Assembly: GCF_009914755.1 (NCBI RefSeq)
Contig: NC_060932.1
DNA length: 64,000 nucleotides
Strand: one strand, 5' to 3'
Source of the DNA: the human T2T-CHM13v2.0 reference genome, Homo sapiens
Shown here: one piece after another, positions 44,891 to 63,066 of the stretch
Numbering within the stretch: the first letter of the stretch is position 1
Layout of the letters: the number at the start of each line of letters is the position of its first letter
Translations under genes and position numbers: made by a program
The notes under the pieces: generated by a model
Databases searched by the model: none
What the model was told of the DNA's origin: nothing
Seen by the model: the letters and a program-made list of their open reading frames with translations, nothing else

Positions 44891-47509
44891 AGTTTGCTTT
44901 TTTCTCCCTCGCTTCTGTTTTAACATTGCAGATAATTTACACTAACAGGTGATCAAGGACTAGGCCTAAGCCTTCTTCTAAGAGACTAGCCCAGCTCACA
45001 GACCTTGAAGAGACAGTGTAATTCACTGCAGAGGGCTTTCTCCCACTTCTTCCTGCTAAACAAGTTCCTGGAGAGGTTTGAACAGGCATTAGAGATAGTC
45101 GGTGGTACTTGTCCATATGCAATGCTGTCAGATGAATTTTTCTATCTGATGCAGATTGGTCCGAGGCCAGCTTCTTGACCTTAGGTTGCAAGTGGTGACT
45201 AGGAGCAGTTGTTCCTGACAACTTGTGTTCTTGCACATGGCTCATAACCAAGGATAAGACAGCCTCCAGACCATATATCCTAGAAATAAATCTAGATATT
45301 TCTACTCAGACTAATTTTTCTCTAAGGGGACAGTGAAGCTCTTCTGGGACTGATCCACCTATCTGGCCTCATTCCAGGACAGGCAGAAGGCCTTATGCTG
45401 AATGCTTACTCAAGGCCTAAGACAGCCAAGACAAATAGACTTAACATGCTTGACAACTAATCTACTGGTAGTGGCTGCCTAGCTAGATATTTGTAGAATT
45501 CCCAGTCCTCTTCTGGGCTTAGCATAAATTGTGTGCCTCGATCAGTGATGATGTCTCCCATAGTTACTGCGGAGGGTTCTCAAGGCACACATGACAGAAT
45601 TGGAAACCTCATTATCTGGGGATCCTCAAAGTTCCACTTTAGTTCAATAAGGATACTGGCCATTATTCAAGAACTGGTCTTAGTCACACACACAAACCAT
45701 AGTGTCATGACTGAGTAACTCCTCGAGCTGGGTGAAAACACCATGAACACAATAAACAAAGACAATCTCAATTTTTTATCAATGCCTCAAAAGCTTCCAG
45801 ACCCACAAATAATTTCAAATGTCACCAGGGATATATGTTCTGCATACTACCTAGTCCCTCACAACCTTGTGATTCTGGGAACTCAGGGACTTTCCTGGCG
45901 TCACTTGAAATCACTGAAAGCCAAGGCTAGCCCTGGTGCTTTTATCATCACTTCCAGCAGCCTCCCTTAGGTAGGAAAACACTGGAGTACAAAAGAAAAC
46001 AAAATATACTGTTCCTAACACAGAAATCCCAGGACTTTGAAATATTTAGACTTTTTCAGCCCAAAGCCCACCTGTCTTCTAGCCTGCTGCCTGAGCTATT
46101 GATCTTCTGCCAGGTACATGTATTCATGATCAGTCAAAGATGTCATCCCATGGAGAATTTAATGAAAGAAATCTACGGAAGGGCTCCATCTACCCATCTC
46201 TACCCATCTATTGTCTTTCCTCCTTGTCAAGAGGAGAAGCAAGGATGCACATCTGTGCAAAGAGCACCAGGTGTTAAATAAAATCATTACCTAAAACCAA
46301 TACCTTCCCATGGACTCCAGGATTTCAGTATTAGCACAGGTGAACTATAGTTTACACCAAACGAGGATTCCTGAAAACACATAACTAGCCAGAATCATGA
46401 AAAGTTATAAAATATCTTTTTATTATGACCACATTGAGTACATATTAGAGCTGCTCAGACTTTTCCATTTGGCTATTACATAATCTGAATGTTGGGTGAT
46501 ATTTTTATTCTTGCTCTCCTCACTCATTAAAAACTATGCAGTGCCATTATAAAAACAATATTAATAAAACTAGACAGCTTCCCCTCTGTATTTTAAAGCA
46601 GTAAAAACATTATTTGGCTTCTCATTTACATGGCAGATCCGATTCATCATGTTGACATAGTTAAACAGAAGAAGAAATATTTCACATAGATAGCAGTGTC
46701 AAAGCAGTCAGTTCTAGAAAGAAAGTAGTAATTTAAAAAAAAAAGAAAATATGGAATCAATGAATGGAATCATAACAAAGACATTTTCAATATCACATAG
46801 AAAATCATGATTATTTGTAGGTAAAACAAAGTGAAAACTAAAGTGCACTTATATTTAAAATTAAAAAGATTAAAGAAACTGGTTTCTTGAAAAGAGCATC
46901 ATATATTTAAAAACTAAAATAAAGAGTGCAATTAAAAATAATTCAAAACATTTTCAGGGACAAAAAAAGGAAATATTTAACATTTATTATAATACCTGAG
47001 TTTTCCTTCCTTCATGAAAAGAGTACTGAAAATCATTTTAAAAAAATTTAGTTCTAAATAAAATAGATTCAATAGTTTTTAAAGATCACTGAAAATTGCT
47101 TTGGAATTGAAGAAAATAACATTGAATGATTTATAGCTTTTAGGAGAGATGGGATACAAGTCAATGACCTGAAGAAATGGAAAGAATGAAGACTCAGGAA
47201 ATAAAACAGAATGAAAAAGATAAGAATATTCCACAGAGAAGTTAGATAATATAAGTGTAGCTTTGGGGGCTCAGATTAGGAAAAACGGCATTAGCTTTTG
47301 TTTTTTGCAAAAACTCTAAAAGGAGCTTAAAAATGGTTTATTTTTCCACAGTGCAGGAGTGATAAGACACAGTTTTCAGTGTTTTAAGTGTCTGTGTGTA
47401 TGCATATATGTGTGTGCATGTGTATGCATACATATGTTGGTATGTAACCACACGTGTACATGCAAGGATGTGACTATGGAGACTCCAGGTGCTTTGATCC
47501 TCTGTATCA

Positions 47510-51549
<4,040 letters not shown>

Positions 51550-51614
51550 AAGAAAAGGGTAAAGAGAGTAACCATAGGGTCTCTATTTTTCGTATTCAAG
51601 AAGCAGTCAGAACA

Positions 51615-51870
51615 CCCGAATGATTAAAAACATGATCTTTAGAGTCATACGCATCTGGGTTAGAATTCTGACATTTCACTGCTACATCATGTCATATCAG
51701 GCAATTTCATTAGTCTTCTCATGTCTCAATTTCTTCTTTACGAATTGAAAAATGGTAGCAACTTCTTCATAAGACTGTTTTAAGGATTGAATGAGATCAT
51801 GTATAAAGCCCTCAACATAGTGCCTAGCACAGTGTATAATCAGTACATGATATTCACTGTAATTATTATT
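51615..51870 (+). mobile_element. MIR SINE
   Basis: ctttagagtcatacgcatctgggttagaattctgac...taaggattgaatgagatcatgtataaagccctcaacatagtgcctagcacag. Confidence 0.75.
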
Positions 51871-53581
51871 TTTACTGATAAATGTACCAAGAATGAAACT
51901 AAAAAAAGACACACCAGAAAGTCCAGCAAAAGAAAATAGGAGATAGGAGGAGAGAACTGAGAATTGATTGACCAATGTCTGTCATAGCTCAAAAGACTTA
52001 TGCAAGAGGAACCAAAAGCCTCCACTCATCCATGACTGCTCTCTTCTCAGCAAGGCTGTGACCACACAGTCAACTCAGAGGATGGGAATAGTGAGGTTCC
52101 ACAATAAATTTCATACTAAAATGCACTGCCCAGTAGCAGAAACATTAGCTGATAATGATGAATCCAATAGCCTAGCGTTTAACCGATACATTTAAAGCAG
52201 CATATGACATATTTTTCATAACTACCCTTCACTGGCAGTCTAAAAACAAAGAATAAAAAGCTTCTCTTTGATCAAACCATGTTCCAAAATGAAATAGATC
52301 CCTTTGTTTTATGTGTATGAGTATATTTACACTGAAAATATATACATATATTCACAAATACACGCACAGAGCAATGTAGTACATGCAGCTGTGTAAGAAT
52401 AAATGGCTTTAAAACATATCAGCAAATCAACAACTGAATCATTAAACTGACAGGAAACCTTGTTCAAGATTCCCATGTCATTTTGCAAAGAGTGTACTGG
52501 ATCTGACTAGAATGCATTAAGAGACCAGGGTGTTTGGAGTTTGAAAAACATCTTTAAAGGAAAAGAAAGAGAAGTATGACTGTTAGAAAAGGAAGCAGAT
52601 ATTCTCACCAGAATAAGAAGTCAAATTATGAACACTTGAGCTTTACAACTGCTTTAAATAACCCTCTATGGTGAGGCATAAGAACTTTAATGAAAGCAAA
52701 AATCATTTCATCATACTGATGGTATAGAGTATTTCTTTTTCTTTTCATGGTTTCTTCTTTATTCTTAGTTCATTTCCTTTTTTTTTTTTCCTTGTGACCT
52801 GGTATTTGCTTCTATTATAAACTAAGACTATGCTAGCAAAAGAAAATGGACCAAGGAGGCATTTATCTGAATAATTCAGGCAGAAACAATTTATACTTGA
52901 AGTAGCAAGAAGTTTTAGACAAAGGAGAATTTTTGCTTGGATTAACCCTCGACCTGGTTCAGCTTCAGACTAAAATAATGATGATACCCGTGGTGCTGTA
53001 ACTTTGATTCAGCCAGTGTACTGAATAGTCGGCCCTGTGCTTTGGGACCCTGTTGTGATAATGCCAGCATTTTCATGCATGTGAATGCTTACTTTTGAAC
53101 ACCGTTACTCAGTTCTTATATCCTGAAAAACTTAGTGAGGGAAAATTGCATGCATTCAACGTTTATAAACCCTGATAAGCTCAGTTTCTAAACACTGGCA
53201 TGAGTGTTGACTGGAAGGGCTGTCATCGGAGGCCCTGCCTTATGAGAACATCATGCCTAGTATTTCCATAATCTGCCGATAGACTGCAAGTGATGGATCT
53301 ACAGCAGGATGAAGACTTCTGAATTAGCATTCAGGCCTTTCTCACTGTTGCTCACAGCAGAGACAGGAGAGAAGGGGAAAAAAAAAAGGATTAGATCTTT
53401 TCTCCTTGCCCCTGTAGTTTTCTTCTGGCAGTAGACTCTATTGATGGGAATGGGCCTGATAATCGCAACTACGCAGAATAGGAGAGTGGGGTATGCCTTT
53501 GTTGGCATGTCCTCTGAAATGACCTCGGCAAAGAATGCTGTGGAAAAGAAATGGTGATTCTAAAGAAAAGGCATTTGTAAC

Positions 53582-53891
53582 TTTTTTTAATAAATTTTCC
53601 TTTAAGTTTTGGAATACATGTGCTCAACGTGCAGGTTTGTTATATAGGTATGCATGTGCCATGGTGGTTTGCTGCACCTATCAACCCGTCATCTAGGCTT
53701 TAAGCCCAGCATGCATTAGATATTTGTCCTAATGCTCTCCCTCCCCTTGCCGCCACCCGGCGCCCCCCGCCCCCTGACATGCGCAGGTGTGTGATGTTCC
53801 CCTCCCGGGGTCCATGTGTTCTCATTGTTCAACTCTCACTTATGAGTGAGAACATGCGGTGTTTGGTTTTCTGTTCCTGTGTTAGTTTGCT
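53582..53891 (-). mobile_element. Short 5'-truncated L1PA8-like 3' end
   Basis: aacgtgcaggtttgttatatagg...ctaggctttaagcccagcatgcattag...gagtgagaacatgcggtgtttgg. Confidence 0.85.
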
Positions 53892-54179
53892 TTTAAAATA
53901 TTTGAAAGATGAAATATTAGAAGAAAAGAAAATTGTTTTATGGAAATGTTTCTCCAATAGGCAAATTAGGTTAGAATGAAGATTAATGATATCTAACCAG
54001 AGAAATCAACTCAGTGGACTCCACCAAATCGGCTCTCAGTGCGGCTAAAACAAAGCAGGCAGAAAAAGGCAGAGAAGCAGCTTGCTGGGTCTACTTGCAC
54101 CAGCAACCCCTTGCGGGGGGTAGGTGGGGCTCCCAGGCCTTTGGCCTCAGACTGAGGGCGGCACTGTCAGCCCCGTTTT

Positions 54180-54505
54180 TTTTCCTTTGTTTGTTTCTGT
54201 TTTTGTTTTTGTTTTTGTTTTGAGACAGAGTCTAGCTCTGTTGCCCAGGCTGGAGTGCAGTGGCGCGATCTCGGCTCACTGCAAGCTCCGCCTCCCGAGT
54301 TCACGCCATTCTCCTGCCTCAGCCCCCCCGAAGTGGCTGGGACTACAGGCACTCGCCACCACGCCCAGCTAATTTTTTTGTATTTTTAGTAGAGACGGGG
54401 TTTCGCCGTGTTAGCCAAGATGGTCTCGATCTCCTGACCTCGTGATCCACCCGCGTCGGCCTCCCAAAGTGCTTGGATTACAGGTGTGAGCCACCGCGCC
54501 CAGCC
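54180..54505 (-). mobile_element. AluY
   Basis: gcaagctccgcctcccgagttcacgccattctc and gtgttagccaagatggtctcgatctcc; CpG-rich; TSD about cagcccc(g/c)ttt. Confidence 0.92.
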
Positions 54506-54645
54506 CCAGCCCCCTTTCTTTGAGGCTTTTGGATGTGGACTGAGCCACTCCAGGCTTCTCTTCTTCACCAGCTTGCAGACGACCTATTGTGTGACTTTGC
54601 CTTATAATCCTGTGAGCCAAGTCTCCCTAATAAACTCTATTTTGT

Positions 54646-55335
54646 ATATCTATATCTATATCTATATATAGATATCTATATCTATATATAGATATCTATA
54701 GATATCTATATATAGATATAGATATAGATATCTATATCTATATCTATATATAGATATCTATAGATATCTATATCTATATCTATATATAGATATCTATAGA
54801 TATCTATATATAGATCTATATATAGATATCTATAAATATCTATAGATATATATACATCTATATATAGAGAGATATATAAACTATTTTGTATGTATATACA
54901 CAAAATATATGCATATACTAAATATATACACTATATATGTACAATATACATTGTACATATATACAATATATGTACATATATACAATATATACATATTATA
55001 TTGTATATTGTATATACATATATATTGTATATAATGTACAATAAGTACAATATATACAATATGTACGTATATATGTATATATGTACAATATGTACATATA
55101 TATACTATATATACTATATATACACCATATATACTACATATATATACAACATATACATATACAATATATATACAAAATAAACTCTATTTTGTATATATAT
55201 CTATATATAGATATATATAGATATCTATATATCTATATATCTATATCTCTATATCTATATATCTATATCTCTATATCTATATATCTATATATATCTATAT
55301 ATCTAGATATATAGATATATAGAGAGAGATATATA
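54646..55335. repeat. ~690-bp TA-rich low-complexity / palindromic array (TAGATATCTA, TATATC, TGTACA units)
   Basis: Direct reading. Confidence 0.95.
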
Positions 55336-55559
55336 TTGTATTGGGTCTGTCCCTCTGGAATGCCCTGGTTAATATAAGGACTTTTAAAGAAATAGATGTG
55401 CATTAGAGATGAGAAAGAATGGAAATCACTAAATGAAGCCGTCTACTCTTACTGTTTAGCTTTGGAAAAGTAGTTCGAGGGAAAAGTTTTAGATTTCTCT
55501 TCTTTAGCACAACAAAGATCATACTGGGAAAACCAGACTCAAAGACTGACTGTTTCAGT

Positions 55560-56152
<593 letters not shown>

Positions 56153-56497
56153 CAGAGGGGCTGCAAACAGCTGAAGTCAGGGCATGGGATGCCCTTCTGG
56201 GGGCCAAGCCCAAGGAAGAATGTGGCAGAAGAGGAATTCGGGCTTTGGGAAGGGAGCAGGGCATGGAACAGTTGAAGGTAGCAGAAGATGCCTATGGAAT
56301 CCCTCCTTTAACTTTTCATATCTCCAGTAAAATTGCCATTTTCACCACTTGTGGAAAATGATGAGGAATCAGTGATCTGACCAATCTAGAATATCTCAGC
56401 TATGCTTTATTCAGGAGGCAAATTAATTTAGAAAGGAAATTAAAAATACTTAACTTTCCAAAAAATATAAATGGAATCCACATAGGAATTTGAAACA

Positions 56498-56836
56498 TAG
56501 TCATGCATTGCATAAGGACATTTTGGTTAATGACAAACCACATATACAATGGTGGTTCCATGATATTATACTGCTATATTTTACTTTTCTATGTTTAGAT
56601 AAGTTTTGATACACAAATACTTACCATTGTGTTCCATCTGCCCACAGTATTCAGTACAGTAACTTGCTGCACATGCTTGTAGCCTAGAAGGAATAGCTTA
56701 TACCATATAGCCTAGATGTATAGTTGGCAACACCATCTAGTTTTGTGTAAGTACACTTCATGTTGCCTACACAGCGAAAAGCACCTGATGATGCCATTGT
56801 CAGAAGGGATCCCTGTTGTTAAGCAATGCATGACTA
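56498..56836 (-). mobile_element. Tigger3a/MER7A MITE
   Basis: TIRs tagtcatgcattgcataa ... ttaagcaatgcatgacta; ~340 bp; opposite orientation to the copy at 7169. Confidence 0.85.
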
Positions 56837-57287
56837 GAGCATATTTGTATCTGCAAACTCAGGACAGAGAACTCTGTGGTGACATGTAGTGCAAGGAATT
56901 TGCTGAAGTCTTGGGGAGTACTTAGGACTAATATTCATTTTGAGCCAAGTATTCTAAACCTCTGAGAGATAAGGAGATCCCAGTAACATCTAGGGTATGT
57001 AAAGCTCATGCACAACAGCTGAGATCTCCTCACAGCAGCACAGCTGAAAGTGCAAATGCAGGAGCATCCAACTGGACTCTCACTGTTCATGTCCCCTCCT
57101 GCCCAAGCATTAGAATCTAGAACTCACTTCAGTTTTTGAGCATTGTGTTACCATTGTGTGATTTTGTTTTTTTAAATGAATAAGAAAGACACAACTCTGC
57201 CAAATGGCATTGTGAACAGAAGGGTTATTTCTCAGAGGGTAAGGAGTGAGTAAGTCCACATATGCCCTCAGTCAAGAGAGAGTGAAA

Positions 57288-60200
57288 AGAATTTTCAACT
57301 CAGAATTTCATATCCAGCCAAATTAAGCTTCATAAGCAAAGGAGAAATAAAATCCTTTACAGACAAGCAAATGCTGAGGGATTTCATTACCACCAGGCCT
57401 GCTCTTCAAGAGCTCCTGAAAGCACTAAATACGGAAAGGAAAAACTGGTACCAGCCACTGCAAAAACACACCAAAATATGAAGATCAATGACACTATGAA
57501 GAAAGTGCATCAACTCATGTACAAAATAACTAAATAGCATCATAATGACAGGATCAAATTCACACATAACAATACTAACCTTAAATGTAAAAGACACAGA
57601 CTGGCAAATTGGATAAGGAGTTAAGACAAATCAGTGTATTGTATTCAAGAGACCCATCCTGTGTGCAGACACACATAGGCTCAAAATAAAGAGATGGAGG
57701 AAAATTTGCCAAGCAGATGGAAAGCAAAAAAGTGGCAGTTGCAATTGTAGTCTCTGACAAAACAGACTTTAAATCAACAAAGAACAAAAAAGACAAGGAA
57801 GGGCATTACATAATGGTAAAGGGAATAATTCAACAAGAAGAGCTAACTATTCTAAATATACATGCACCCAATAAAGAAGCATCCAGATTCACAAAACAAG
57901 TTCTTAGGGACCTACAAAGAGACTTAGACTCCCACACTATAATACTGGGAGATTTTAACATCCCACTGTCAGTATCAGACAGATCAAAGAGACAGAAAAT
58001 TAACAAAGACATTCAGGACTTGAACTCAACTCTGGATCAAATGGATCTAGTAGACGTCTGCAGAATTCTCTACCCCAAAACAACAGAATATACATTCCTC
58101 TCAGTACCACATGGCACTTATTCTAAAATTGACCATATAATTGGAAGTAAAACATTCCTAAGCAAATGTAAAGAAACTGAAATCATAACAGTATCTCAGA
58201 CCACAGTATAATCAAATTAGAACTCAGGAATAAGAAACTCACTCAAAACCACACAATTACATGGAAACTGAACAACCTGCTCCTGAATGACTCCTGTGTA
58301 AATAATGAAATTAAGGCAGAAATCAAGAAGTTCTTTGAAATGAACGAGAACAAAGAGGCAATATACCAGAATCTCTGGGTTATGGCTAAAGCAGTGTTAA
58401 CAGGGAAATTTATAGCACTAAATGCCCACATCAGAAAGCTAGAAAAATCTCAAATTGACACCTAGACGTCACAATTAAAAGAGCTAGCAAGGCAAGAACA
58501 AACAAAACCAAAAGCTAGCAGACAACAATCAATAACTAAGATCAGAGAAGAATTGAAGGAGATAGAGACATGAAAAACCCTCCAAAAAATCAACGAATTC
58601 AGGAGCTGGTTTTTTGAAAAAAACTAACAAAATAGATAAACCACTAGCTAGACTAATAAAGAAGAGAGAGAAGAATCAAATAGACACAATAAAAAATGAT
58701 AAAGAGATTTCACCACTGACCCCAAAGAAATAAAAACTACCATCAGATAATATTATAAACACCTCTACGCAAATAAACTAGACAATCTAGAAGAAATGAT
58801 AAATTCCTGGATGCATACACACTACCAAGACTAAACCAAGAGGAAGTTGAATCCCTGAGTAGACCAATAACAAGCCCTGAAATTGAAGCAGTAATTAATA
58901 GCCTACCAACCAAAAAAACCCCAGGACCAGATGGATTCATAGCTGAATTCTACCAGAAATATAAAAAGGAGCTGAAACTACTCCAAACAATTGAAAAGGA
59001 GGGACTCCTCCCTAAATCATTTTATGAAGCCAGTATCATGCTGATACCAAAACAGGGAAGAGACGCAACAAAAAAAGAAAACTTCAGGCAAATATCCCTG
59101 ATGAACATCAATGCAAAAATCCTCAATGAAATACTGGCAAACTGAATCCAGCAGCACATCAAAAAACTTATCCACCACCATCAAGTTGGCTTCATCCCTG
59201 GGATGCAAGGCTGGTTCAACATATGCAAATCAATAAATATAATCCATCACATAAACAGAACCAAAGACAAAAACCACATGATTATCTCAATAGATGCAGA
59301 AAAGGCCTTTGATAAAATTCAACATCACTTCATGGTAAAAACTCTCAATAAACTAGGTATTGATGGAATATATCTCAAAATAATAGGAGCTATTTATGAC
59401 AGACCTACAGCCAATATCCTATTGAATGGGCAAAAGCTGGAAGCATTCCCTTTGAAAACCAGCACAACACAAGGATGCCCTCTCTCACCACTCCTATTCA
59501 ACATAGTATTGGAAGTTCTGGCCAGGGCAATCAGGCAAGAGAAAGAAATAAAGCATATTCAAATAGGAAGGGAGGAAGTCAGGTTGTCTCTGTTTGCAGA
59601 CAACATGATTTTATATTTAGAAAACCCCATCGTCGCAGCCCAAAAACTCAAACACTCCTTGAACTGATAAGCAACTTCAACAAAGTCTCAGGATACAAAA
59701 CTAATGTGCAAAAATCACAACCATTCCTATACACCAACAATAGGCAAGCAGAGAGCCAAATCATGAGTGAACTCCCATTCACAATGGCTACAAAGAGAAT
59801 AAAATACCTAGGAATACAGCTAACAAGGGAGGTGAAGGACCTCTTCAAGGAGAACTACAAACCACTGCTCAAGGAAATAAGAGAGGACACAAACAAATGA
59901 AAAAACATTCCATCCTTATGGATAGGAGGAATCAATATCGTGAAAATGGCCATACTACCAAAAGTAATCTATAGATTCAATGCCATTCCCATCAAACCAC
60001 AATTGACATTCTTCACAGAATTAGAAAAAAAACTATTTTAAATTTCATATGGAATCAAACACCTCGTATAGTCAAGACAATCTTCAGCAAAAAGAACAAA
60101 GCTTGAGGCATCACGCTACCTGACTTCAAACTATACTACAAGGCTACAGAAACCAAAGCATCATAGTCCTGGTACCAAAACAGACATATAGGCCAACGGA

Positions 60201-61567
60201 GCAGAACAGAGACCTCAGAAATAACAACACAAATCTACAACCATCTGATCTTCGACAAACTTGACAAAAACAAGCAATGGGGAAAGGATCTCCTCCTATT
60301 CAGGAAATGGTGCTTGGAAAACAGGCTAGCCATATGTAGAAAACTGAATCTGGACCCATCCCTTACATCTTATACAAAAATTAACTCAAGATGGTCTAAA
60401 GACTTAGATGTAAAATTCAAAACCATAAAAACCCTAGAAGAAAGCCTAGGCAATACCATTCAGGACATAGGAATGGGAAAAGACTTCATGAAAAAACAGC
60501 AAAAGCAATTGCAACAAAAGCCAAAATTGACAAATGAGATCTAATTAAACTAAAGAGCTAATGTACAGCAAAAGAAACTAGCATTAGAGTGAACAGGCAA
60601 CCTACAGATTGGGAGAAAATTTTTGCAATCTACCCATCTGACAAGGGTGTAATATCCAGAATTTACAAGGAATTTAAACATATTTACAAGAAACAAACAA
60701 ACCCATCAAAAAGCGGGCAAAGGATATGAACAGACACTTCTCAAAAGAAGACATTTATGCAGCCAACAAACACATAAAAAAAGTTCAACATCACCAATCA
60801 GCAAATCAAAACCACAGTGAGTCACCATCTCACACCAGTCAGAATGGTGATTATCAAAAAGTCAGGAAACAATAGATACTGGTGAGGGTGTGGAGGAATA
60901 GGAATGCTTTTACCCTCTTGGTGTGAATGTAAATTAGTTCAACCATTGTAGAAGACAGTGTGGTGATTCCTCAATGATCTAGAATCAGAAATACCACTTG
61001 ACCCAGCAATCCCATTACTGGGTATATACCCAAAGTAATATAAGTCATTCTACTATAAAGACACATGCACACGTATGTTTATTGCAGCACTATTTACAAT
61101 AGCAAAGACATGGAAACAAACAAAATGCCCATCGATGATAGACTGGATAAAGAAAATGTGGTAAATATACACCATAGAATGCTATGCAGCCAGAAAAAGG
61201 AATGAGATCATGTCCTTTGCAGGGACATAGATGAAGCTGGAACCCATCAGCCTCAGCAAACTAACTCAGGAACAGAAAACCAAACACCCCATGTTCTCAC
61301 TCATAAATGTGAGTTGAACATTGAGAACTCATGGACACAGAGAGGGTAACAATACACCAGGGCCTATTGAGGGGTGGGGGTGAGGCAAGGAACTTAGAGG
61401 ATGGGTCAATAGGTGCAGCAAACCATCATGGCACACGTATACCTATGTAACAAAACTGCACGTTCTGCACATGTATCCCGTGTTTGTTTGTTTGGAAGAA
61501 ATAAAGAAAAAATTTTCAATAAAAGTTTGGGGTTTTTAACTCTCAAAAAAAAAAAAGAAAAGGAGAG
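57288..61567 (+). mobile_element. 5'-truncated L1PA8/8A-like element (ORF1 end, ORF2, 3'UTR) with short 3' transduction
   Basis: ORF2 fragments 57717-58211 (EN) and 59203-59900 (RT). Perfect 13-bp TSD agagagagtgaaa at 57275-57287 and 61568-61580. Confidence 0.92.
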
Positions 61568-61580
61568 AGAGAGAGTGAAA

Positions 61581-62117
61581 GCCAAGCTACCCTGCCTTGA
61601 AGGGGTCAATTAGGAAGAACCAAACTGAAAGTAACCAGCAATCCTTTATTCATTGTTGTAGTGCAGGCCAGGATGAAGGTGCCAGCTCCCACAGTGTTGC
61701 ACATGGCCAGGGTGGTCTCACGGCCAAAGGAGCTCTGAACCAAAGGCTCCTCCTATCTTATGGACCCAGAGAGGAAGAGGAAAGGACTAGTAGTGAAAAA
61801 AATACAAAATACCCATTCAAAGTTAAGAAAATTTTCTTCAAGTCTCCCCCAATAAGGTGTTCTCAGCAGATGCACCCAAAGCTAGGGGCAGCCCAATTAG
61901 GCGGCCTCGGAATGGAGGCACTTAAGGTAGAAATGCAAATACACGAGACAGGGTCAGCTGTAGAGTTGAGGGGAGTGGGTGTCAGGATCTGAGTCCTTGA
62001 CTGCACTTCCCTTCAGGGATGGCAGAGCACTAGCTGATGTGGGGAGGGCAGCTTCCCCCATGAGCCTGCCAGATAATGACTTTGAAACCTCCTATGGTTT
62101 GACATGAAAGGTCACAC
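61581..62117 (-). mobile_element. Possible old LTR fragment, likely continuing left of the L1 at ~57210-57275
   Basis: GC-richer block with antisense aataaa (ctttatt ~61644) and a ...cacaca terminus; family not recognised. Confidence 0.3.
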
Positions 62118-62317
62118 ATAGGATCTTGGCCTGGAGCCAGACACCTCATTTCCTGGTTGAAATTTGTAATGCTAAAATTTTAAGTTACGCAGTCCTACCC
62201 AAATCTGATATTTTTATTTTCACAACACAGTTTCCTTCATTTTCCTAATGGATAAATGGACGGCTTATTTTCATATGAATTGATAGTATCAACAAAGAGA
62301 AAGAAACAAAGAGATCA

Positions 62318-62614
<297 letters not shown>

Positions 62615-63066
62615 AAAGACACAAAGAGATCAAATACGGGACTTTGCATTTCAGCCAATAATAAAATATGTGCAATAATTTGCTTTGTTTCAATCTTCTC
62701 ATTTTCTTCAGGTGTTTTAGAATACTAAGAGGAATTTTTAGTAAGGAAATATGTAGATTAGATGTTTGAAGAGAATATATTGATTTGACAATTCTAAATT
62801 TTTTTTCTGAAGAATCTGACCTTTTACAAAATCCCAATGAAGACCATACTCCACTGAATCAAATAATCCTTTTCTTATCCATTACTATGTCCCCTCAGAG
62901 AAGGCAAAACATAAGTATGTAATTTTGCTGCTATGACAGACAGAAGAGTCTTGCTGGAGGCCACTGGCAAACACATTAATCACTGAAGCACCTCAACTCC
63001 TCGGACCCTCAATAAATACCTCTACCCCCTAAGAGAGATTTACTGTTGTTGTGTTCTGTTGTTGTG

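Larger units (their letters stand above)
53990..55377 (+). mobile_element. MLT2 (ERVL) LTR interrupted by AluY and a large TA-rich expansion
   Basis: aaagcaggcagaaaaagg...caggcctttggcctcagactgagg...cagcttgcagacgacctattgtg...ccctaataaact...tattgggtctgtccctctggaatgccctggttaata. Confidence 0.75.

Noticed and set aside
54706-55314. Ile/Tyr-rich ORFs
   Set aside because: Translation artefacts of the TA-rich array.
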